Origin: a bacterium
GTDB taxonomy: Bacteria > Auribacterota > UBA3054
Assembly (NCBI GenBank): GCA_017557885.1
Contig: JAFYXV010000003.1
Coordinates: 70,902-134,901, forward strand
Direction: 5' to 3'
Length of the DNA stretch: 64,000 nt
Positions 56,967 to 64,000 of the stretch are shown here, piece after piece. Each line of letters starts with the position of its first letter. Position 1 is the first letter of the stretch. The notes under the pieces were generated by a model that had not been told where the DNA came from, ran no database searches, and saw only the letters and a list, made by a program, of their open reading frames with translations. The position numbers and the translations under genes are program-made.

Positions 56967-59028
56967 AAGATCTCTTCTGCTTTTGGCTTTTCTTTCCTCC
57001 CTTTTCGCCTTCTCCTTGGAAACTCTTCCCAGGCAGCCGGAACGGGACAGCTTTCTGGAAGCTTATCAGCTGGCGCTCAGAATATACGGCGTCAACGCCT
57101 CCTACGAGGAGCTGGCCTGCCTGAACGGATTGCCCTTCACGCCGCTCAGAAAAAGCGACGCCATCTGCGGACGCAGCGCCGACCTCCCCTATTCCTGCGA
57201 ATACAATGTTCAGCGGCTCAATAATTTCTACCGCCTCAGGAACGAGGAAAGACTATTTTCCGGCAAAGACCAGAACTCCGCGACCAAAAGGACAGAGTAC
57301 CGCAAGCTCATAGCTGATTCCCAGAAGGAGGGCGTCTCGGCCATCCAGTACGCCAAGTTTCCCGGACAGCTGATCCCCTGCTGGCATTTTGTGGAGCCCG
57401 GCACCGGTCTGACTCTCAGAATAACCTTTCAGGGGAGAACTTACAACTACGCCGGCGTCCCGGAAAAAGTCTGGCTCCTGAAGAGATCCACCCGCCCGGC
57501 TTCCGAAGAGACCCCCCAGATCTTCATCTGGGAAAACATCGGCAAACTGATCAACGGGACCACCAGCGTGCCCTTCCTGTCCTGCGGCGTCAACATGCTC
57601 AGGGAAATGGCCGACAGTTCCTATACCGTCCCCTGGTGTCCGGAATGCCAGTCGCCTTTCAACAACTGCATTTACAAACATCTTTTGCGCTGGCAGTATG
57701 ACGCGTCCCAGGCGGTGAAACTTTTCCCCTGGATGTATCAGCTTGCCACGAACGAAGAGGAAAAGGCTCTGCTTTCCCACGCGGAGCACGAATACCGCTC
57801 TTATCTCGAAATGTTCGCTCCCCTGCTTTGCGACACGAGCTGGGAACGCCTCCAGAACGATCCCGCCCGCCAGAGCCTCCTGGGCGAAAAAGTCCGGAGG
57901 CTGACGGTTCCGCTCATGAGCTGCGCCGAGTGCTTCTTCTCTTTGGCTAACAAAAGGAATTCTCTCAGCCAGGAATATTTCTCCCCCACCAAACGCACCC
58001 AGCAGGTCTCCGACAAGCTGGCCAACACCATGGTTGAGATGAACGTTGATTCGCGCTACGAAGGTTCTTTGGCCTGCTCCCTTATAATGGCCGCCCAACT
58101 GTCCGGATGCGAGCGTCCCTCCTTCGTGGTGCGCAGCATCGCCGGGCTTCCGGCAAGATTGGCCCTCAGGACCAACGACTGGCATTTCTGCCGGGAGATA
58201 AACGAAGGCTCCGATCTGAGCGCCGCGCTGGCGGAAGCCGCCGGCTTCAATCTCCGCTATGTGACCAGCCAGGTCAGCGATCCGGAAGCTGCGGCGGCGG
58301 ACAACATCGTGAAGCGCGTTTATGACGCCGCGGTCAGGAAGATCATCGAGAACATCTCGTCTAAACGCAAGGCCGTGGTGGGTTCCAACCTGAACCGTTC
58401 CGGCGCCTGGGGCGTCATAGCGGGATACACCGACAACGGTTTTGTCTGGCGCGGCCGCACCGCTTCAGACGTGAAGCCTCGCCTCTCTGAGTTCACCATC
58501 CTCCCGGCCAACATTATTCTTATCGACAAGGCTGTCGCCAAGCCTTCCTTTGAGGATGACGTTTCCCTGGCGCTCAGCCGCTGGATAAAATTCATCAAGG
58601 GCTCCTCCAGCCAGGGCGTCCTGACCGGACTTCAGCTTTGGGATTTCTGGATGAACAGCGTATCGCTCTGGTGCCTGGAAACGACTTATCCTTCTCCGGC
58701 CATGGCCGGCGCCAACCGCAGCCTCTGGAACGCCTTCATCGACAGCCGCAGCGACGCCCTGCTCTTCGTGAACCATCTTATCAAAGCCGTGCCCTCCTGC
58801 TCGATACCCATGACGGAAGTAAAGGACATAATGGAAAGGGAGCAAACGATAATGCGCAGCGCTCTCAACAACGGCTACGTCCTCGGTCATGACGGCTCCC
58901 GCTACATGCCTCCGGATTACCGGCTGGAACTGCTAGCAAGACAACTGGACGCCATGCGTCAGGTCAGGGAATTGGAAAAGCAGCTCCTGCCTCACCTGGA
59001 GATGGCTCAGCAGAACCTGCGCCTCTGA
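56959..59028 (+). CDS. Hypothetical secreted Cys-rich protein (689 aa)
   Basis: It has a signal peptide (MIKRSLLLLAFLSSLFAFS) and overlaps the MazG-like stop by 8 nt. It contains many Cys residues and no recognisable catalytic motif. Confidence 0.55.
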   Translation: MIKRSLLLLAFLSSLFAFSLETLPRQPERDSFLEAYQLALRIYGVNASYEELACLNGLPFTPLRKSDAICGRSADLPYSCEYNVQRLNNFYRLRNEERLFSGKDQNSATKRTEYRKLIADSQKEGVSAIQYAKFPGQLIPCWHFVEPGTGLTLRITFQGRTYNYAGVPEKVWLLKRSTRPASEETPQIFIWENIGKLINGTTSVPFLSCGVNMLREMADSSYTVPWCPECQSPFNNCIYKHLLRWQYDASQAVKLFPWMYQLATNEEEKALLSHAEHEYRSYLEMFAPLLCDTSWERLQNDPARQSLLGEKVRRLTVPLMSCAECFFSLANKRNSLSQEYFSPTKRTQQVSDKLANTMVEMNVDSRYEGSLACSLIMAAQLSGCERPSFVVRSIAGLPARLALRTNDWHFCREINEGSDLSAALAEAAGFNLRYVTSQVSDPEAAAADNIVKRVYDAAVRKIIENISSKRKAVVGSNLNRSGAWGVIAGYTDNGFVWRGRTASDVKPRLSEFTILPANIILIDKAVAKPSFEDDVSLALSRWIKFIKGSSSQGVLTGLQLWDFWMNSVSLWCLETTYPSPAMAGANRSLWNAFIDSRSDALLFVNHLIKAVPSCSIPMTEVKDIMEREQTIMRSALNNGYVLGHDGSRYMPPDYRLELLARQLDAMRQVRELEKQLLPHLEMAQQNLRL

Positions 59029-59042
59029 TATTCGGCCGTCTT

Positions 59043-60272
59043 TCAGCGCGCCTTGAAAAAAAGGATCGCGCAAACGATAAATTCTCCGCAAACAAGGCCC
59101 CTGGCGGCCCCAAGGGCGCCCTTTGAAAGAATGAAGCAGGAAGTTATGGCTATGCTGGCCGCCACCCCCAAAAAAAGAGGCAGGAGAAGCCTGGAGGCCT
59201 TTTCCTTAACAAGGACGTACTGCCAGGCCAGCACCCTGGACGGTACCAGCGCCATCTGGAAGATCCCCGCCCGCATTATGGCCGCGCCTTCCCTGTAGGA
59301 GGCTTTGAAGAGCATCTCGTATATAAAGTCTGCGGAAAAATAGCCGGCCAAAGCGAACAAAATTCCTAAAAGCAGCGCGAATACGCTGGCTTTTTTGTAA
59401 GATCCCCTGGCCTTCCCTTCGTTTTCCTTCCGCTGTTTGCTGAAACGGGCCAGGAAGACAAAACCGCCCAGGTTGGCGAAAGTCACGGCGGTGTAGATGA
59501 GGCGGAAACTGGAGGCGTAAAGCCCCGCTTCCTCATCCCCTTTCAAAAAGAAAGTCAAAAACTGCGGCGCGTTCTCGTGAAGCAAAAGCAAAGCCGTCAA
59601 AATTGTCAGCAGCAAGACCGGCTTAAGATCCAAAGCGGGAGCCGCTGCATCGGGATCGCTGCGTTTGTTATAGCGTCCAAAGAGGCAAAAGAAAAGGAAA
59701 AGGTTCTCCAATGCGACGGCCAGGGTAAAAGCTCCCGCCGCGAAATAAAGCCCCTGGGGATTTCTGACGGTAAGGAAAAGCAGAGCAAGATAAACGACCC
59801 GGCCTCCGATGAAATAAACAGCCACAGGGCCTGGCCATTCAAGGCCGTAGAAAAGATTGACGGCATAGATCTGCTGGGGAAGGAAACTGAGTCCGAACAG
59901 CAGGAGAGTGAAGCCCATTTCCCTGTTGCCCTTTCCCATGAAGAAGGCGCAGGCCGCCGTCGCGATCACCGCCAGATTGACAAGGCGGCGGCGGTATGAG
60001 AAGACCTTTTTGGAGAAAGCCCAGGTGTTCCCGGGTATAAGAGCGGCGCTTTCCCTTGTCACCAAAGTGTCAAGGCCTGTGAAGAGCGCAAGGCTGATGT
60101 AATTTACGATGGCAAAGGCCGTGCTGAAAACACCGAACCCTTCCACCTCAAGCGCGTTCGCCAGATAAATGGTGGCGACGAACATCATGACCTTGGAAAG
60201 GATGTTGCCTCCCCATATGAAGGCAAGCTCCTTCAGCGGCAAGATCCCTCCTTTGGGTTCCGGGCCCGGCAT
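59043..60272 (-). CDS. Polysaccharide/O-antigen flippase (Wzx-like, MOP superfamily)
   Basis: It is 409 aa with ~12 TM helices. It sits in a nucleotide-sugar/glycan gene context. Confidence 0.7.
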   Translation of the reverse strand: MPGPEPKGGILPLKELAFIWGGNILSKVMMFVATIYLANALEVEGFGVFSTAFAIVNYISLALFTGLDTLVTRESAALIPGNTWAFSKKVFSYRRRLVNLAVIATAACAFFMGKGNREMGFTLLLFGLSFLPQQIYAVNLFYGLEWPGPVAVYFIGGRVVYLALLFLTVRNPQGLYFAAGAFTLAVALENLFLFFCLFGRYNKRSDPDAAAPALDLKPVLLLTILTALLLLHENAPQFLTFFLKGDEEAGLYASSFRLIYTAVTFANLGGFVFLARFSKQRKENEGKARGSYKKASVFALLLGILFALAGYFSADFIYEMLFKASYREGAAIMRAGIFQMALVPSRVLAWQYVLVKEKASRLLLPLFLGVAASIAITSCFILSKGALGAARGLVCGEFIVCAILFFKAR

Positions 60273-60280
60273 AAGGGAAA

Positions 60281-61576
60281 TCAGAGCGTCACGATGTTCG
60301 CGCGCTCTTTCACGTTTTTGGCTGCGTTCCTGGTGTCGACGATGAGTTTTGCGTCCTTCGCTATCTTCTCATAATCGAAGCAGCTGTGATCGGTTAGGAT
60401 CACCAGGCAGTCGTAAGCGCCGAAATCAGGCGTTTCAACACCGGTTATGGTTTCGTCGTTGTAGCGGAAACTCTTTATGAAGGGATCGTAATAGTAAAGA
60501 TCGGCGCCCTTTTGGCGCAGCCTGTCGTAAACAAGAAGCGAGGGGCTCTCCCTGAGGTCGTCGATGTCCTTCTTGTAAGCCATGCCCAGAAGCAGGACCT
60601 TGGATCCCTTGATGCTCTTCCTGTGATCGTTCAGGGCCTCTCCGATGAGGTTAACCACATAATCAGGCATGGCGCTGTTGATGTCGTCCGCCAGCTCGAT
60701 AAAGCGGGCTTTGTAATGCAGCGTCCTGAGCTTCCAGGAAAGATACAAGGGGTCGATGGGAATGCAGTGGCCGCCGATGCCCGGCCCGGGATAGAAGGGC
60801 ATGAAGCCGAAGGGCTTCGAGGATGCGGCCTTGATGACTTCCCAGACGTCGATGCCCAAATAGCGGCACATGATGGCGATCTCGTTCACTAAGCCGATGT
60901 TGATACTGCGGAAGGTATTCTCGAGCAGTTTGGCCATTTCCGCGGCTTCGCAGGAAGAGACAGGCACTATCATCGGGATGATGCTGGAGTAGAGCGCGAC
61001 CGCCAGTTCCGTGCATTCCGGCGTGGCGCCGCCCACGACTTTCGGAGTGTTAAGCGTATTGTATTTGGGGTTTCCGGGATCAACGCGTTCCGGAGAGAAA
61101 GCGACGAAGACGTCCTTGCCCAGCTCAAAGCCGGCTTTCTGCAGCGGCTTGATCATCAGTTCCTTGGTGCTGCCGGGATACGTCGTGCTTTCCAAAACGA
61201 AGAGCGTTCCCTTCCTGAGGTGAGGCAGGATATAGTCCCTGGCGTTGATCATGTAGGAAACATCCGGCTCGCCGGTCTTGGCGAGCGGCGTGGGGACGCA
61301 GATGGAGATGCAGTCCGCTTCTCTCAGGACGGAAAAATCCGTGGTGGGAGCGAAGCGTCCGCTTTCCACGAAAGACTTCAGCGTTTCAGACTTTACGTCG
61401 ATGATATAGCTCTCGCCTTTCCTGAGGCTCTCCACTTTCTTTTCCGAAAGGTCCACGCCGATCACTTTGTAGCCCTTTGTGGCGAAGGCGCAGGCCAGGG
61501 GAAGGCCCACGTAACCCAAGCCCACTACCGCGACTGTCGCCTCATGGGCAATGATCTTTTCTTTTAAGCTCTTCAT
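60281..61576 (-). CDS. Nucleotide-sugar 6-dehydrogenase (Ugd/WbpA/TviB family)
   Basis: It has an N-terminal Rossmann fold ([14 protein letters not shown]) and the catalytic Cys region (GGHCIP). Confidence 0.85.
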   Translation of the reverse strand: MKSLKEKIIAHEATVAVVGLGYVGLPLACAFATKGYKVIGVDLSEKKVESLRKGESYIIDVKSETLKSFVESGRFAPTTDFSVLREADCISICVPTPLAKTGEPDVSYMINARDYILPHLRKGTLFVLESTTYPGSTKELMIKPLQKAGFELGKDVFVAFSPERVDPGNPKYNTLNTPKVVGGATPECTELAVALYSSIIPMIVPVSSCEAAEMAKLLENTFRSINIGLVNEIAIMCRYLGIDVWEVIKAASSKPFGFMPFYPGPGIGGHCIPIDPLYLSWKLRTLHYKARFIELADDINSAMPDYVVNLIGEALNDHRKSIKGSKVLLLGMAYKKDIDDLRESPSLLVYDRLRQKGADLYYYDPFIKSFRYNDETITGVETPDFGAYDCLVILTDHSCFDYEKIAKDAKLIVDTRNAAKNVKERANIVTL

Positions 61577-62526
61577 TTTATCGTTCCATTGGTTAATTTT
61601 TTCTCGAAATAATCGATGGTCAATTTCAAGCCTTCCTTCAGGGCGATCTTCGGTTCCCAGCCAAGCTCGGCTTTGGCCAGGGAAATGTCAGGCTTTCTTA
61701 CCGTCGGGTCGTCCGAAGGCAGGGGCAGGTTGATTATCCTGCTCTTTGATCCGGTCATGCCGATCACGATCTCGGCAAGCTCTTTGACTTTGAACTCACC
61801 GGGATTGCCAAGGTTGACAGGACCGGGGAAGCCGTCTTTTTCCATCATGAGCAGTATGCCCTTCACCAGGTCGCTCACATAGCAGAAGGAACGGGTCTGC
61901 GTTCCGTCGCCATAGACCGTGATGTCATGATTCTGCAGGGCCTGGACGATGAAATTGGAGACGACTCTGCCGTCGTTCACCCTCATCCTGGGGCCGTAGG
62001 TGTTGAAGATGCGGATTATCTTCGTGTCGACGCCGTTCTGCCTGCGGTAATCGCTGCAGAGCGTTTCCGCCACGCGTTTGCCTTCGTCGTAGCAGCTTCT
62101 GACGCCTATGGGGTTAACGTTGCCCCAGTAGGATTCCACTTGCGGATGCACCTTGGGATCGCCGTAAACTTCCGAAGTGGAAGCCTGCAGAAGCCTGGCG
62201 CCGCAGCGTTTGGCAAGGCCAAGCATATTGAAGGCTCCAAGCATGCTCGTCTTGGTGGTCTGGATGGGATCGACCTGATAGGCGTCCGGGGAGGCCGGGC
62301 AGGCGAAGTTGAAGATCCAGTCGAAATCCTCGCAATAAGGTTCCGAAACGTCGTGCAGGACGAAGCGGAAGGAACTGTTGCCCTCAAACTCCCTAAGATT
62401 TTCCAATCTCCCGGAAGAAAGGTTGTCCACTACGGTAACCTTATGCCCGAGCTTAAGAAGTTCTTCAGTCAGGTGGCTGCCTATGAATCCGGCTCCGCCG
62501 GTTATCAATACTCGTTTAGCGTTCAT
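61573..62526 (-). CDS. UDP-glucuronate decarboxylase-like NAD-dependent epimerase/dehydratase (UXS family)
   Basis: It has GGAGFIGSH and a YxxxK catalytic region (SEVYGDP..., YDEGKR). Confidence 0.8.
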   Translation of the reverse strand: MNAKRVLITGGAGFIGSHLTEELLKLGHKVTVVDNLSSGRLENLREFEGNSSFRFVLHDVSEPYCEDFDWIFNFACPASPDAYQVDPIQTTKTSMLGAFNMLGLAKRCGARLLQASTSEVYGDPKVHPQVESYWGNVNPIGVRSCYDEGKRVAETLCSDYRRQNGVDTKIIRIFNTYGPRMRVNDGRVVSNFIVQALQNHDITVYGDGTQTRSFCYVSDLVKGILLMMEKDGFPGPVNLGNPGEFKVKELAEIVIGMTGSKSRIINLPLPSDDPTVRKPDISLAKAELGWEPKIALKEGLKLTIDYFEKKLTNGTIK

Positions 62527-63311
62527 TTTTCAAAACCGATAACATCAGACATTGTATATTGGCCCGCTTTTTTCCCGCAGAGGAAAGCGGCGGCTTTCAA
62601 AGCTCCTTTGGCAAAATTGGAACGGCTGGAGGCCCTGTGAGTGAACTCCACCCGCTCTCCCTCCGCGGCGAAAACGACGGTGTGGTCGCCGACCACGTCT
62701 CCGCCCCTCAGGGCGTGGATCGCGATCTCGCCCCGCGGCCTTTCACCGGTCTTGCCATAGCGGCCGTAGATCTCTTTTTCCCGGCCGACCTTCCTGCCCT
62801 CCTCGACTTTTTCCGCAAGGTATAGGGCGGTGCCGCTGGGGGCGTCCTTTTTATGACGATGGTGCATCTCCAGGATCTCCACGTCGTAATCGCTTCCCAA
62901 TACCGCGGCGGCCTGTTTCAGGAGTCCTCCCAGAAGGTTGACGCCCAGGCTGAAGTTGGAGGCGTGAATGACAGGTATATTCCCGGAAGCCTTAGTCAGG
63001 GCCTCTTCTGCGGAAGCGTCCAGGCCCGTGGTGCCGATTACGCAGGGAACGCCGCGCTTCAGATATTCCGCCAACCTGTTTACGAAGCCTTCGGGCAGCG
63101 CAAACTCCACGACGACGTCGGCGTCCGTCAAGGCTTCCTCAGGGTCGCTTGTAATCTTTGCGCCGCACAAAGTCTGACCCAGGGCGGGCGAGGAACTGAA
63201 TTCCAGCGCTCCGGAGACCCGGAAACCTTCCTCTTCCGCAAGGGCGGCAACCATGCGGCCCATGCGGCCGGCGGCTCCCACTATGCAAAGGTTCAAAAGT
63301 TTATTGCTCAT
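62523..63311 (-). CDS. dapB: 4-hydroxy-tetrahydrodipicolinate reductase
   Basis: It has the NAD(P)-binding motif ([11 protein letters not shown]) and a DapB C-terminal domain. The start was chosen at MSNKLL (63311), overlapping the upstream gene's 3' end. Confidence 0.8.
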   Translation of the reverse strand: MSNKLLNLCIVGAAGRMGRMVAALAEEEGFRVSGALEFSSSPALGQTLCGAKITSDPEEALTDADVVVEFALPEGFVNRLAEYLKRGVPCVIGTTGLDASAEEALTKASGNIPVIHASNFSLGVNLLGGLLKQAAAVLGSDYDVEILEMHHRHKKDAPSGTALYLAEKVEEGRKVGREKEIYGRYGKTGERPRGEIAIHALRGGDVVGDHTVVFAAEGERVEFTHRASSRSNFAKGALKAAAFLCGKKAGQYTMSDVIGFEK

Positions 63312-64000
63312 GATCGTTGTTTTTGTCTTCTTCCCGCAACAGTTCCTCGATGGCCTCAAGGACCATTTCCGGCGTGATGTCGGCCATGCACAGCGACGGG
63401 CTGTCAGGCTCTCCGAGAACGCAGTTCCTGTGGTAGCAAGGCAGGCAGCGCCTGGCGCTCTGGAGCACTTTGCTCTTCGCGCCGTACGGCCCGTGGCGCC
63501 TGGGATCCGTCGGACCCATCACCGCCACCATGGGCGTTCCCGCGGAAGCCATGACGTGCATCGGGCCGGTGTCCGGCGTAACGGCGCAGGCCGCTTCCGC
63601 GGCCAGGGCCAGGAATTGCGACCAATCGGTCCTGCCGGCCAGGTCGAGGAATATCCCCGGATGGATCGAAGCGATCCTTTCGCAGATCTCCCGGTCGTTC
63701 TCGCCGCCTATCAAAACGCCCTGCCAGCCGTATTTTTCCCGGAGGGATCTCCCGACTTCGGCGATGCTCTCAGGCACCCAGTTCTTGCTGAACCACCTGG
63801 TGGTGGGGACCGCTATGAAATATTTTTTGGGACTCAGGGAAAAGCGTTTCAGAGTCTCATCCGTCTCCTTCGGCGCAAAGGAAGGCCAGATCTCGGGCTT
63901 TTCGATGCCCAGCTCTTTCAGAAGCGCCAGATTGCAAAGCGAGGCGTGAGTTATCCTGCGGGCCACGCTGACTTTCTTATCGTAAAAAATGGTGGCTCCT
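63301..64000 (-). CDS. Glycosyltransferase family 9 (LPS heptosyltransferase-like), C-terminal part; 5' end beyond window
   Basis: It has the GT9 C-terminal region (GPTDPRRHGPYG..., DTGPMHVMAS). The ORF runs to the window edge. Confidence 0.7.
   Translation of the reverse strand, partial: GATIFYDKKVSVARRITHASLCNLALLKELGIEKPEIWPSFAPKETDETLKRFSLSPKKYFIAVPTTRWFSKNWVPESIAEVGRSLREKYGWQGVLIGGENDREICERIASIHPGIFLDLAGRTDWSQFLALAAEAACAVTPDTGPMHVMASAGTPMVAVMGPTDPRRHGPYGAKSKVLQSARRCLPCYHRNCVLGEPDSPSLCMADITPEMVLEAIEELLREEDKNNDHEQ

Noticed and set aside
1-64000. CRISPR arrays, integrases/transposases, prophage genes
   Set aside because: There are no direct-repeat/spacer periodicity, no recombinase-like ORFs and no terminal inverted repeats. 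The tRNA loci lack an adjacent integrase.

Overview
This 64 kb window is a chromosomal segment, roughly 55-58% GC by eye, from an anaerobic Gram-negative bacterium. I place it in the PVC superphylum (Lentisphaerae or Verrucomicrobia-like) on three grounds. It carries a PEP-CTERM giant protein and a chlamydial Hc1-like histone H1 homologue. Its energy genes are those of a fermenter: PFOR, formate-THF ligase and an electron-bifurcating [FeFe]-hydrogenase.

Most of the window is densely packed housekeeping genes: nadA, ubiB, argB, argD, argJ, rsmA, pdxA, lpxB, proS, metX, mtaD, fhs, rmuC, folC, rmlD, dapB, and five tRNAs (Val, Thr, Tyr, His). It also holds a polysaccharide ABC exporter, a MacAB-TolC-type efflux operon and the 3' edge of an LPS/glycan cluster.

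The most distinctive block is 46.4-54.6 kb. An Hnd-type tetrameric [FeFe]-hydrogenase (NuoE-like, 2Fe-2S ferredoxin, NuoF-like, HydA) is interrupted by a six-gene putative H2-sensing regulatory cassette: DRTGG, anti-sigma-type kinase, PAS-less sensory HydS-like hydrogenase, DRTGG, PHP phosphoesterase and an HATPase protein. In addition, the catalytic HydA carries a non-canonical TSCSP L1 motif.

Other noteworthy elements are listed below.
- A 1611-aa metzincin/multi-Ig PEP-CTERM protein is translationally coupled to ExbB/ExbD.
- An Hc1-like Lys-rich nucleoid protein sits just downstream of exbD.
- Two tandem lipoprotein Na/Pi-cotransporter-PhoU fusion paralogues carry extracytoplasmic Ig-like N-domains.
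- A MazG-like gene overlaps a large secreted Cys-rich protein of unknown function.
- The MacAB operon contains an embedded lipoprotein, a poly-Ser tract and an acidic-extension TolC.

I saw no CRISPR array, integrase or obvious mobile element.
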